NCBI GenBank assembly: GCA_032718475.1
Contig: JAUCBJ010008674.1
Coordinates: 1 to 41,443, forward strand
DNA: 41,443 nucleotides
Source: Nemertoderma westbladi
Lineage: Eukaryota > Animalia > Xenacoelomorpha
Direction of reading: 5' to 3'
Under the pieces are notes generated by a model. It had not been told where the DNA came from. It made no database searches and saw only the letters and a list, made by a program, of their open reading frames with translations. The translations under genes were made by a program, and so were the position numbers. This document shows, in pieces, positions 1-12,957 of this stretch (its first letter is position 1; every line of letters starts with the position of its first letter).

Positions 1-504
1 AACCTATTACCATATACGTACGTGTATGTAAACCTATTATCATATACATATGCGTATGTAACTTAAACCTATTACCATATACGTACGCATATGTAAACCT
101 ATTACCATATACGTACGCATATGTAAACCTATTACCATATACGTACACGTATGTAACTTAAACCTATTACCATATACGTATGTGTATGTAAACCTATTAC
201 CATATACATACGCGTATGTAAACCTATTACCATATACGTATGCATATGTAAACCTATTACCATATAGGTACGCGTATGTAAACCTATTACCATATACGTA
301 CTCGTACGTAAACCTATTACCATATATGAACGCATATGTAAACCTATTACCATATATGTATGTGTATGTAACTTAAACCTATTACCATATACGTACACGT
401 ATGTAACTTAGACCTATTACCATATACGTACGCATAGCGTATGTAACTTAAACCTATTACCATATACGTACACATATGTAAATTAAACCTATTACCATAT
501 AAGT
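1..504. repeat. Tandem satellite/minisatellite with 30- and 36-bp units, AACCTATTACCATATACGTACGCGTATGTA(ACTTA); left part, runs off the window edge
   Basis: Unit visibly repeated about 15 times. The ORFs 132-398 and 182-376 are translations of the repeat. Confidence 0.97.
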
Positions 505-2728
505 CCGCGTCCTCGTTTGTGTCTGCCCGATTACTTGCTCTGGATAAAAACCCTGGCGTCCATCCCATAGGAATAGGCGAGGTCCTCCGCAGGGTAGTCG
601 GGAAAGCTGCGATGACTTGCATCTGAGAAGATCTGCAGGAGGTGGGCGGCTCGGTTCAGATGTGTTTGGGGCAGAAATCCGGTATTGAATCCGCCATCCA
701 CACCCTAAACGATGCCTTCACCACCGCTGACTGTGATGCAGTTCTACAGATCGATGCTACCAATGCTTTCCATTCGCTGAACCGGCAGGCGGCGCTGCAT
801 AACATCCGGCAGGTCTGCCCGGCACTCTATACAATCGTGGCGAATTGATATGACCAGCCATCGTGTTTATTCGTCGGTGGAGAGTCTCTTTTCTCCGAGG
901 AAGGGTCGACTCAGGGTGATCCGGTAGCGATGCCGATGTTTGGCTGCGGGCTGATCCCTTTACTATTGGAACTGAGTCATGGCTGTAGCTTCGTACAGAA
1001 ATGGTACGCAGATGACGGCAATGCAGCAGGCAAACTTGTCGAACTCCGGAAGTTCTTGGACATTGTTTCCGCTAGGGGGCCTCTCTACGGTTACTACCCG
1101 ACAAAATGCTCCCTTGTTGTAAAACCAGAAAAACTCCAGGAAGCAAAGGTAATGTTCGCGGACACCAATTTTACAGTCGACTCGGTTGGTAACAAACTCC
1201 TGGGAGGTGTTATCGGCACCGAGGAGTTCCATAACAACTTCATCGAACAAAAAGTCGAGGAGTTTGTCGCAGACGTGGAACGACTCACTACCATCGCCGC
1301 TGTTGATCCACATTGCGCATACGCCGGACTGGCATTCGGTCTGTCCTGTCGGTGGCGGTTTCTGGCGCGCGTTGTCCCTGGAGCCACGGACAGATTTGGT
1401 GGTCTGGAGGAGTCCGTAGGGAGGTGTCTGTGCTGGATATTTGACCGCCCAGCAATAACACCGGTAGAACGGCAACTGATGTCGCTCTCGGTTCGCGATG
1501 GTGGGCTAGGGATTCCTGTACCAGCTGATCTACAGCCCCAGTACGAATATTCCCGGAGGATTTGCGAACCGTTTGCCTCCTTGGAAGGTGAGTCTATGGC
1601 AGTGGTGAGAGAGGAGCAGACACACATAGCCAAGTTAGTAGCCACCTCTTCATCAGTTGTAGCGAAAGCTAAAAAGGAGGAGGTTTACGACCAATTAAGT
1701 TCTGACCAATCATAATTTGGTTATACTAACTACCGAAAAAGGTGCGTCTGCGTGGTTAAACACCAAACCACTCACCCTGCACGACACTCACCTGTCCAAA
1801 GGAGAGTTTAGGGATGCTGTTTGTCTCCGCTACGGTTGGTCGCCGAAGAACCTGCCATCTCATTGTGTTTGTGGGTCCCGATTTTCTGCAACCTACGTTC
1901 TGTCGTGTCCCACTGGAGGTTTCCCCTCCATCAGACACAACGAGATCCGCGATTTCGTCGCCGACACCCTAACCGAGGTGGCCCACAATGTGGCAGTCGA
2001 ACCGATGCTCCAGCCACTAACGGGGGAGTCCTTCTCCCTCCGCTCCACCTCGACGGACCAGCTGGCGCGGCTCGACGTGTCGGTGAGCGGATTCTGGGGC
2101 AATCGCCACCAGAAAATGTTTATCGACGTGTCGGTGTTCAACCCGCTGGCGGACACCAACACGGCGATGTCGATTGACGCCTCCCATCTCCACCACAAGG
2201 TGAGGAAGTGCCGGAAATATGAGGAGAGATTACGCGAGGTGGAACACTCCACCTTCACTCCCTTAATTTTCTCTGCTTTCGGCGGAATGGCACCATCTGC
2301 CCATCAGTTTGTCAAACGACTGGCGGTGAAGTTGTCCGACAAATGGCAGGTTCCCTATCCGGAGTGCGTATCATGGGTATGTCGGCGAATCAGTTTCTCC
2401 CTCCTCAGGTCGTCCTTAATGTGTTTACGCGGGTACCGTTCGGCTGCTAGGCAACCGGTGCGGGAGGCAGTCACCGACTCATCGATCCAGTTGGCTAACG
2501 CGGACTCAGACCCTGGGGTGTTGGCGCAGTTCGGTAGGGTGGGGTAAATACAGTAGTGTGCTCCATACACCGTAGAGACTGTTTCTGTGTTGGGGGCAGG
2601 TAAAGGATTTCATTTTAAATTTCCCTCTTACATTGGTTGCCTAGTAACGTTGGCTGGTGGTGGGTATTGTTTAACATTAACGTTTTATTATCTATGTGAA
2701 TAAATGAGACTTAAGAGTTAAAAAAAAA
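505..2728 (+). mobile_element. 5'-truncated CRE-clade-like non-LTR retrotransposon (RT plus C-terminal restriction-like endonuclease) inserted in the satellite
   Basis: Coding motifs as in the next entry. AATAAA at 2699-2704 and an A9 tail at 2720-2728. TSD ATTACCATATAAGT at 491-504 and 2728-2741. Confidence 0.9.
507..2547 (+). pseudogene. Disrupted RT-zinc knuckle-RLE endonuclease ORF of the CRE-like element
   Basis: RT motifs ARLLALDKNPGVHPIGIGEVLRRVVGKA, LQIDATNAFHSLNR, GSTQGDPVAM and KWYADDG. C-terminal CVCG..YVLSCPTGG, RHNEIRD and RLDVSVSGFWG..FIDVSVFNP. In-frame stops near 624 and 846, and a stop/frameshift near 1713-1717. Confidence 0.9.
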
Positions 2729-3141
2729 TTACCATATAAGTACGCGTATGTAACTTAAACCTATTACCATATATGTACGCGTATGTAACTTAAACCTATT
2801 ACCATATACGTATGCGTATGTAACTTAAACCTATTACCATATACGTGTACACGTATGTAACTTAAACATATTACCATATACGTACGCATATGTAACTTAA
2901 ACCTATTACCATATACGTACGTGTATGTAAACATATTCCTATTACCATATACCTATGAGTAACTTAAACCTATTACCATATACGTACACGTATGTAACTT
3001 AAACCTATTACCATATACGTACGCGTATGTAACTTAAACCTATTACCATATATGTACACATATGTAACTTAAACCTATTACCATACACATACGCGTATGT
3101 AACTTAAACCTATTAGCATATACGTACGCGTATATAACTTA
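2729..3141. repeat. Right part of the same satellite, mostly 36-bp units
   Basis: The same unit resumes immediately after the poly(A) tail. Confidence 0.97.
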
Positions 3142-3520
3142 AGGTCGCTCAACATTAATTTTTTTAAAAGTTCATTTTAAATCAGATTTTAATAGAGATT
3201 CCGAATCTGTAAGTTATATTTAATTAATGTCGTTCATTCAACATTAGTTCAACATTCGTTCATTCGTCTTTTGCGAAAGGTGGTCGTTTTGGCTCTACCG
3301 ACAAAGATCCAACCCACCAGTTATGTTCTGACCGTGTAGTGCAGATGAATGTGTAGTGCAAGTATAAACAGGCATAGAAAGAAGCTAAAGTGTATGTATA
3401 TATAAATACACTGATACGTGTAGTAACTTATGCCATTTAAGTATATCTCGCACTGATCTGCCGCCCCAGAGGCAATAACCTCATACCCGGTTGTAGCTCA
3501 GCTGTAGTGTAAGCTGGATC

Positions 3521-4740
3521 TCACACTTGGCTGTTGCAATAGAGAGGACCAGTCATGCAGCGGCAAGGCAGATTTTGTTGTTCTGCTAGCACGCAGACTA
3601 AGTTTGCCTTGGCCACAATAAGGCAGTGATCACTGGAGAAGGGTCGAAGTGCAAATGCGTTACAGTCTTGTATAGAGCTCCTGTATTTCCTACGAAATAA
3701 AATATGGTCTATCTGGGATTTGTAACCACTGGGTCCACTATGATTCCATAGCTTTCCAGTTCGCTTCTTGAACTGGGTTCCAGCCGAAAATAATCCATTT
3801 GCAGAGATGAAATCCTGAAGATTGATGGAATTTCGGTTAACACTATCGCTATAGACCCAGGGCGATGTAGGTGATTGATGCAGACTTGCATTAAAGTCTT
3901 CCAGGAATGTTAAGAATGCATGCTGATCCACTCCATCAGTACCTGCTTGTAGATTTTGGTAGAAATTTTCTACCTCCTCTACTGGGGCAACACTAGTTGG
4001 AGAGTAGCACACAATCAGAACCACTTTAGGAAACTTCTTAGCCAGTCTTCCAGAACATAAGAAATGGCAACGGATGATGAGGTTAGAAATTTGGTCTATT
4101 TTGTCCAATACTGCATGTGCAGTTGGATTTATCAATGGACCAATTCCACAATTGCAACTATCATCTGCTGATTCGAGGGGAGTCGCCAACCGCCCCCCAT
4201 GTCCTTAATCAGAACCTCATCACCATCAGTCTGTCTAGTCTGCACTCTTCAGTCAGCTCTTGAATACCCACTGCGGTGAGAGAAAGCTCATTTGCCAAGT
4301 CAGTCAGCTCACCATGTCGCATTGGGGACCTGAGTGTTAGGGTGTTAACTGAGGCTAGTTTAGTGACTTGCCTCAGATTCACCAATGGCTGGCTTGGTTG
4401 GTCGGGGTGGAACATGAGAGTAGCCTCCAACTCCAGAATCCCTCTCCCCCTGACAATCTGGCCTCCCTGGTGATCAGGGTTTGGGCCAGAAAGGTCATCA
4501 GGAAAGGGACTCACAGAATTGTTAGCCGCTCTCTCTCCAGTAGGGGATAACTGACGCCTGTAAGGCCAATTGTGTCCGGTAGTCCCACTGGCCTCTAGTG
4601 GCCGGACCTCCGCATTACTAATGTAATCCATAGTGGGGGTTGGGGGGTGCTTTTTTGCTAAGTCAGCTCTCGGGGCAAATCTCGGAAATGTTTGAAAGAG
4701 TATCAAACATGAGGCAGTCATAACCACTGGTTGAATCACA
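3521..4740 (-). mobile_element. Degenerate 5' part of an RTE-like LINE (APE endonuclease and upstream region)
   Basis: APE motifs ASVNTLTL, VGIQE, VCYSPT, EDFNA, SQIDHILF and FSSDHCL in ORFs 4209-4739 and 3521-4189. A related copy lies near 40500-40900. Confidence 0.8.
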
Positions 4741-5959
4741 AAGAAGTTTAATTTGAAATAAGTAAAGGAATTAGAATGAAGATAGTCAAATAATAGTAGG
4801 GCAGATTTTATAAAATTACTATAAATTTAATATGACGATAATGGAAAGAATATGTCAATGAACTACAATTCACTGTAAAAAGGAAGTAATTATTTTACAT
4901 TAATACAAATATAATTTTTGGTATGTTGTATTAATCTTTTGACAGCTATGCTGTGGCCATTTGTAATTTATTTCTACATCCTATAATTGATTTGGTGTCC
5001 ATTCAAACTAAAAACCTCATTAGTGCTTCTCCCTATGTGGCTGATGTACAATAGTATTGAGATACAATAATGTATCTCAATACAGGGGGTCTCTTGGTGA
5101 AGAAAAGTGAAAATGTCCATCTTATTATAATGTGGCCGTTACTGCGAACTTGTATCTGAATAATATTAAAGGTAACAGAATCTTTAAATAAAAAAAAATT
5201 TTCAAATTTTAGTGTGATATAAATGTTATGATAATAAATAATAATCTATTTTAATTAAGGTCGATTCACATTATCTGTAGGCCTGGTTCACTAGTCAAGT
5301 TTAGTATCAATAATATTTCTGGTAGACATAATATCATTTCTCCAGGCATGCTTAAATAGATAGTGTGAATCGATCATATCCATAACATAAGATTATACTG
5401 TGTAATCTGCTGAGCTCTGCCTTGAAAGTGTTAGTCACACATTTATTATCTTCTACAGCAATAAAAACGTTAACACCAATACAGTTCCTCAATACTACAT
5501 TCAGGACTACATGCCTTCCTTGGCCTATGACAATAGCATTTAGTCCATATGAAATAGTGCTATGCACTGCACGCCATTTTATGGTTGTATAGCTTAAATG
5601 TAAAGCTAATCAGCGAAAAATGTAGAACAGGAAGCTTGTTCAACCTGCTAGCTATCGATTATTATCCCCAAGTGGTAAATCGAATTCCCTGTTTCTTGGT
5701 TAAAGTGGCCTGGGATTTTAATAAGATCAAACATAGGTGGGCACCAACATGAAGGCAAAGTTCGAAAGAGGCACATGCTAGTACATTTATGGTATATTAA
5801 TCAAATAACCTGTTCCTTACATCTAGGTTAGTGTTCAGTGAGTAATAAAGTCCATTGGAACCACTACTTTTTCTGAAGAGTACATATTAATTTATGTATG
5901 GTGCGTAGGTGGCGTTAATGATGTCATTGATAAAGTGACCCATACCCAGTAACCATGTG

Positions 5960-6721
5960 AGCTCGGACAGTGGAAATGAGATCCTCCCAGGCTTCCCAAT
6001 TCTCCACTGTTGTTGTCGAATGTTCAAGTCTAGTTTTCATATCAAGGTGGTCTGTATATGTCATAGAGCCGGTAATCCATGGCTACGCTTTCCATGTGTT
6101 GGTTGCCAGAAAAGTAGACCTGGAATGACCCCATGTTTACTTACCCATCAGTTCCCACTGAAACTTAATGAATCTTAATCTTTGTAGAGAGTGGTTGATA
6201 CATTGTATCCTTAAGCTCGGCATTTGTCATGTGTTGTGTCCAGCTGATATTAAGGTATTATTATGGTAGCAACCATCAATTCGTTGTTCAAGTGATTTAG
6301 TCAGTGTCCAGGTCTCACCCCCGTATAAAAATACACTTTCCACTGTGGCTCCAAAGAACTTAGTCTTCAGGTGCCTTGAGAGATCTGATTTCCAGATGAT
6401 CTCAATTTTTGATAGAGCTACCCATGCCTTTGATTTCCTAACTTCTACCTCTTTTTTGCTGCTCTCTATCTATGACCCCCAAGATACTGGAAGTCGTAAG
6501 TCTTCCTGAGTTGATTACCAATTATCAATTGCGGTCAAGATTCAATCAAGCCTTTATATTCAATCCAACCTCTTTAGCAGCCCTCTCCATATTATTCAGT
6601 AAAGTTGGGCATCTGATGGTGTGTTATAGTGCAGGATGATGTCATCCGCAAAGTCAGTGTCCGTGATTGTAGTTGCTGGATATCTGCTACTTCTGAATTC
6701 TTGTAGTGTGACTCCCAGAAT
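5960..6721 (-). mobile_element. Degenerate 3' part of an RTE LINE, same family as 31819-35079
   Basis: Clear nucleotide similarity to 31840-32610 (e.g. CTCGGACAGTGGAAATGAGATCCT and CAAGTGATTTAGTCAGTGTCCAGGTCT). DFADD motif near 6640-6655. Confidence 0.88.
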
Positions 6722-7233
6722 CCGTAAGTCGATCCGTGGATCCGGAAGTCAGGTGAGGACCTTCGAATACGTAAGAGAAAGGCATGGGCAGCCTTGAATA
6801 GGCTTTCCAGGATTTGGAAGTCACAGAGAATTAATCGGAAACTTAACGTCCGATTATTTAGAGCAGCAGTAGTTCCAGTACTCCTCTATGGGAGTCCTTG
6901 CTGGGCTCTAACTGCTGAGGACACCAAATCTTTGTATGGCACATTCACAAGAATGCTACGCCGGGTTCATTGTGTCTAATACAATGCACACATCTCCAAC
7001 CAGACACTATATAACATTGGAAGTGTCTCATTGGTTCCCCCAAGCTTGACACTAGAACAAAGTCGCCTCCGCTTTGTAGGTCATTGCTTTCGCCAAACAC
7101 TGGCCTCGAAGATGCGGATGATCTAGCAAATTTCATGGGTGATAAGGAGTTGTGCCGGCGAAATTTTGTCGACAAGCCGGCACAGCATTCTTAAAAATGC
7201 AGCTGCAATGGAGCATGCCGATCCTAGTAGTAG
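6722..7233 (+). mobile_element. 3' fragment of a second RTE-type LINE family with a (TAG)n tail, nested in the minus-strand RTE
   Basis: Encodes KAWAALNRLSRIWKS..RLFRAAVVPVLLYGSPCW..FTRMLRR, the RTE C-terminus. Ends in TAGTAGTAG. The 3' end matches 29940-30060. Imperfect TSD GTGACTCC(C/T)AGA. Confidence 0.8.
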
Positions 7234-7409
7234 TGACTCCTAGATATTCTCCCTTCATCCATCCTTGCATAATCCAGTAAACATATGAATAGTTATGTAG
7301 GTTTGTTTTTGTAGTGTGAACCCCAGATCTTCTAGGTAGCAGTGTTTTGATCGATATGGATTTAACTTAGGATTATAATTTTGATAATTATAATTATTAT
7401 GTGTGTGTC

Positions 7410-7545
7410 TCGGTAGCGCAAGTATCTGAGCTATTGTTGATCTATTTGTTCGAAATCCATTTTGGCTCTTACGCAGCAGTTTCTGTATGTGAGGTCTAAT
7501 TCTATATAAAATATTTTCCTCCTTCTGCATCAGGTTGCAAATATC
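7410..7545 (-). mobile_element. RTE RT fragment
   Basis: ILYRIRPHIQKLLRKSQNGFRTNRSTIAQILAL, matching 32920-33020. Confidence 0.82.
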
Positions 7546-8972
7546 CATAATGGGAAGAGTTCATCATTTCAAAGTGTTTACACATTATCCTTCCAACCAG
7601 CCAGGCGATCAGCTGGATATTCCACAGTTCCCTTGAAAAGTTGGTTTGCTCTTTCTTCCAGGGAGATGGTTTATATCTTACATGTCGCGACAGGTTTGCT
7701 TACTTCTTTTATCAGCGGCATTGGAGGCATCAATCCACTCTCTGACTAGCTCAGACTATTGCTCACTCAGTACTGCCGATTCAGTGCTGCTGATGTCTTG
7801 ACTGCATCTTTAGCAGCTGTTAATTACTTCAACGTTTAATATGAAGAAGTCATTCTAGGATAGGATATAAAGTCCATGTGAAAGAGAGCTTACTATTATT
7901 TATCTGGTCTGCCAGTCTGTCAATATTTCTAGCCACACCACCAGATATATTCTTAATCTCTTAGTAGTACAGTGTAGGATCTTGCTCTTTCATGTACACG
8001 CAGGTTTATTGGTTTAATATTGTTATTATATTATCTTGGTATACCTTAGTGATAAATAGAGATGAATTAAATTTCAAATCCAGAGATATTATACATAGTG
8101 AATTACATTCGGATTAATAGCGTGATTATTTTATTTATATTAAACAGTCGAGAGTTGAACTTCCTTTCCTTGTTATCACTAAGTTACTCATGGTACCGGT
8201 ACTTATGCTGGCAACGCGAATTCCACACAAAATTTATTTCCGAAATCGTTTATAAAATGGAATATAGCAGCATGTTGCTCCACATAAAAGGCGAATTACT
8301 CCATATTACCTTTAAAAATTGTCAATTAAGTTACCTGTTTTCGCACTCAATTATGGACAACCCTGCTGACACATATTTCCTTTGTTTAGTTACTTTTCTG
8401 GATATTTATATAGCTAAATACGCTACAGAGAAAGGCAACAACGAAATGTAATAATAAATTTATCTCTATAGCCTCTAACCCTAAACTAGACCGGGGGTGC
8501 CCTAGGGGGTGCCTGCTAGAAATTAGTCTCAAAGCAAATGTATCCAAATAAATAATATGTTACAGTAATTACATTGAAATCCTTCATATATATTAGTTGT
8601 GATGTATCATATCACATTTCTTATCATAAAATGTAATACATCTGATCCTATTAAACTTGATTAACGTGATTAGTATTCAAAATGACTATATCGAAAGAAG
8701 GAGAGAGGGTAAAAGAGAGCAAAAGCAAAAGGTAGGAGATACAGTAAAAGTGGCTTCAGACAGATCAGGCAGACAGGCAAATATAACACAGTGCGATGTC
8801 GTCATGGTCTCCGCATGAAGTCGTATCGGCTTGAGGATCAGAGTAGGGATCCGTAGGATTATTTTGAAATCTATCTATTTCTAGTCAATATTTAAAGTAG
8901 AAATTGAGCATTGAGAAATGTAGTGGGAATGAATAAGATTATGCGGATACAGTGGACATTGAATAGTTAATA

Positions 8973-9546
8973 CAGTGGCGAATCCAGGGGGGGGGGGGGG
9001 GGGGGGGGGGGGTACGAGGCGACCGCCTGTTAAAAAGTAAAAGTTAAGTTATTAAAAAGTAAATAACGTTTTGGGTTATATTGTAAGTAGAGATAAATAA
9101 ATTGTCTAATTATATTATTTCTCTTTTTTCCAAAATAAGGCGACAACTAGGTGTATCTATTTATAAGAAAATAAGTTATGTATGTTTATTTTAAACAGAC
9201 ATCCTCAAAACAGCTTATAAATTACCAATCCCCCCCCCCCCCCCCCCCCCCCCTCCATTAAAAAGTATACAAAGTTATGTCTGGACATTATTGGAACAAA
9301 AGTAGAGGTAAATAGGCTGCTTATAATTTATCCCAAATAAGGAGATAACTAATAAAATAAGTTTTCCATGTTTAAATTTTGCGGTCCGACTTTTCAAATT
9401 CCCCAAACAGCTAGTCGTAATCCCTTCGCTTCTTCGCATTCAAATTGGACGATTCGAAATGGACAAGCCATCAACTCGTGATGGAAGTTGAGCCATGGAA
9501 GATAGATCTCGCATATGATTTCATGTTCTTTCCGCACTAGCCACTG
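8973..9546. mobile_element. Possible degenerate MITE-like non-autonomous DNA element
   Basis: Starts CAGTGGCGAATCCA followed by poly-G, has internal poly-C (about 9229-9252), and ends TCCGC(ACTAG)CCACTG, an imperfect inverted terminus. No TSD seen. Confidence 0.4.
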
Positions 9547-11245
9547 TCACTGGAATGGCAGTCAATTGCCTGAAGATGCCGTGGCCCTAAATTGATTTTT
9601 AATATTAGATATGCCTAATGATTGAACTGGAATCATTCTTATTGTAATATACTATATTTTTATTTCAAACTCCTTAAACTCTTTTAACCTTTACTCCTAA
9701 ACTCCCTTAAACTAAAATTCCTTGACATAATAAACTTATAAATACATGAGGTATAATACCATACCATGCGCGAGGTATACCATATCGCATATAATAGAGT
9801 TGGACTTGCAATGATATTATTTTAAATATAAATAATAATTAGTAGTAGACGTTAATTTATTTAATGTGAAATAAAAATTTTCAATCACATTCTATCATTT
9901 GGAAAATAAAATTATAATTAGCTACAAAATGCTTAATTCTTTCAACATATTTTAATTAAAAAATGTACCGGTTTTTTATGATTAAAAAGTATTGTTATTT
10001 CACATTTAAAAAAGTAAATTTTTAACTTTTACTATTATTGTTTATTATTATTATTATTATGAGTAGATTTTTATTAAGAACCTGGATGTGGAATAATACC
10101 TTGAGAACTATTAGTTCAAAGATCCATAAATTAGTACTACCCGCAAGTAGCCTCACTAATTATGTTGCGTCTTTTTAGCCTCGTATAGCAGTAAAGGTTA
10201 AGTGAAGAAGATACTGTACAAAAAAAAACCATGTAACTCACAAGTATGCGAAAAACTAATGCAACAAATCAATAGCTCATGTTATTCTGCCATACTATTT
10301 ATTATCTTTTTGATGCTAAACATACCCCTCGATATATTTACCTTAAAAACTGGTCTGCAGATGTTCTGATGTTGCTTGAAGATTCGTCAATTTTACTCAA
10401 AACTACGTTTTTTCAGTTTCATGGTTTTGACTTAAGAGCAGCATACAGAGCAGTATACATATAAAAACTGTAAATATTAATAGCATTGCTACTTCTCTCT
10501 TCGGTGCAGAACATGAAGATGAAAGAAAATAATTATTGAAACAGAAGGTGTAGGGAACACAGTCACACCCCAACACCCATTTTACAAAACAGAATATGCA
10601 TAGCCTTTGCCTTGGTTGCCAAACCAATTTCACACAACACCAATGAACCATAAAAAAAGTTATTCAAAAAGAAGAAAACAATAGAGAATTGTCATTTCAG
10701 AATAATTAACACTTTGCTTCACCTAGATTTAACAAATATAATTATCGACTTATAATTGCTTTACAACACCCAGTCCTTGAACTGGAACCGTTATGGTTGC
10801 TCCTTGGAACTTCGATGTCATCTAATTATCCATATGGTATCATTTTGCCAGTATACATACAATGTAACATTTGCTATAATAAGTATGATCAATACCATTA
10901 AGTCATTCACAAATTAAAGAATATCTACTTTATGATAGTAACGGTTTCTGAATCTTAGATTGTATCGAATTGTAGAATATTATAGATACCAATTGAATTC
11001 ATGGTTAATTGTGGCAATGGGTTATTTGGAGGGTGCTAATAGCTATTCATTTTAGTGTATGTTGACCAGATCTATGGCACATACATGCTAACGTTGATTC
11101 CGGCCCTGATGTAAATCAGTTGCTCAAGCAATGTATTGTAGGTAGTTTTGCAGTAAAATAAATATGCACTTTCTTTGTTGACAAAATAACTTTTATTAAT
11201 TGCCCAATTATGACCCATTAATTTGTCCCCAAAACAATCATTGAT

Positions 11246-11287
11246 ATATAAAATATGGGGTAAAATATGACATTAAATTTAAAATGA
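11246..11287 (+). repeat. Left arm of a perfect 42-bp inverted repeat
   Basis: Exact reverse complement of 12566-12607. Confidence 0.9.
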
Positions 11288-12565
11288 ATCCAATACTCTA
11301 ATGACATGCCAAAATGCAAAGGAATTTAGAACATGTTAAAGAAATTCGAGATCAACATAGGGGATATCTCTAGTCACGTGTTTTTACAAAAAACACACCC
11401 CACCACTCGATTCAGGGCACCTTGTTACCCCTCACTCCATTGTTTCTAGCCCATCTATTTTTTCGCTCACCAACCCTATATTGTTCCAATCGGTGTCGAG
11501 CTCTGTTCTCTTTATCAGGACAAATTTCGTTACTTAAGATATTACATAGGCCTAAGTAAGTCTACCTACGTAATTTAGTTTCCGGTGTATTATTACATAT
11601 TAGTCCTAAGAAAAAAGCCAAGATAATAAATAAATTCATCCATTCGCCGCGAACGACATCTTTCAAACTCGCTTCATATTTAAATTCAACCATGACCTAC
11701 TAAATATGTAGTAGGTCATGATTCAGCAAATCTATACATAATACAGGCCTGCACAGAATTATTAACTTTTATTACTTATTTATTAATTAATTAGTTTTAT
11801 TTAGCTATAAGAGGCGTCCCGACATTGATGAATTCGAAATTATGTATGTATCCAATCCACAACAGCTTGTTGCATCAACTTGTTATTTGCCCATTATACG
11901 TTGTGGTACTGTAATTCTCGAAAACCGAACTTCTTTAATATTCAACCCCACCTCAACTCAGAAATGCCATTAACTGTTGTTACACTACAATCTCGCCTCT
12001 TCCAGCCAGCCAGACACTACTATTGTATTAACGGAAGGGTCGTCCTGTTCACGATTTTCTACCAGGGATGGGTACCTCCTGGCCGAACTGACATGTTGGC
12101 CTACCAATAAAATTATTTCGCTGACGGTTCAAGAACAATGGTGTCTCTGCGCATATCCGCTAGGTCGGAGAGGTTCTGATTGACACATGAGGCAACGTTG
12201 TTCCTGAATCTACCGGTATTGCGGCCGATCTCTTTACTAGTTTACTAGAAATTCAACGTATTCTTGCCGATCAATGTAACAGAGAAATCCATGGTTTAGG
12301 AGGCAGCAGCAGCAGGTACTACCCGGGGTAAGGTAATAAGTACTTTTGTAATATATGCCTATAATTAAGGATTTCTAGTTCTAGAACATATTATTTATTC
12401 AGGATGTGAAGCTCGCATACAGTTTAATTTTTTTAGAAACCGGATATTATTTTCTATTAAGTGTTATTGATTTTAAATCTTACATTGTTATTAGTACGAG
12501 GCGGTATTATGTGTTTCTAACAACCAAGTATTTCAATGAAAATTTTATATATGAAAGATTTTACC

Positions 12566-12607
12566 TCATTTTAAATTTAATGTCATATTTTACCCCATAT
12601 TTTATAT
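12566..12607 (-). repeat. Right arm of a perfect 42-bp inverted repeat
   Basis: Exact reverse complement of 11246-11287. Confidence 0.9.
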
Positions 12608-12844
12608 TTTACCTCTTAAATTATCTCATACTGAATTCCAAATCCACTCTACAACGCTCAAAACTTCGTTTCCAAACATTTAGGCCCATTACCTCTACTT
12701 AGGCTTTTTTTATAACTTTCCAAAAAATAGGCAAAGTTAGGCTTGTCTTATTTCGTATAATTGACAGTCGACTGACAATCAAAATATTTTCTTTAATGAC
12801 ATTGAGACATCTTGTAATATCTTATTGTTCATGGTTGATAACAA

Positions 12845-12957
12845 AGTTCCACCTTGGTATAGTGTTGTATTGAATTCACATCTCTCTGGTTCGATCCTTG
12901 CATTTTTCGTTTCGACACGAATGCTTAAAAGGGACAAGCCAGGACGCAAATCTACCC
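12845..12957 (+). mobile_element. Old, truncated copy of the tRNA-derived SINE found at 31500 and 33410
   Basis: GTTCCACCTTGGT..ATTGAATTCACATCTC..GGTTCGATCC..TTTTCGTTTCG(A)CACGAATGCTT aligns by eye with the SINE 5' half. Confidence 0.85.

Noticed and set aside
1-500. CRISPR-like or telomeric array
   Set aside because: There are no unique spacers and no cas genes, and the context is eukaryotic. AACCT occurs only once per 30/36-bp unit, so it is not a telomere repeat.
132-622. Repetitive ORFs (YMVIGL and YVNLLPY repeats)
   Set aside because: They are translations of the satellite, not genes.
963-2570. Antisense and alternative-frame ORFs over the CRE element; similar ones occur over gag and the RTE
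   Set aside because: Shadow ORFs of GC-richer coding sequence, without motifs.
10279-10651. Cys-rich short ORFs, possibly a transposase remnant
   Set aside because: No recognisable DDE or Cys-rich domain spacing.
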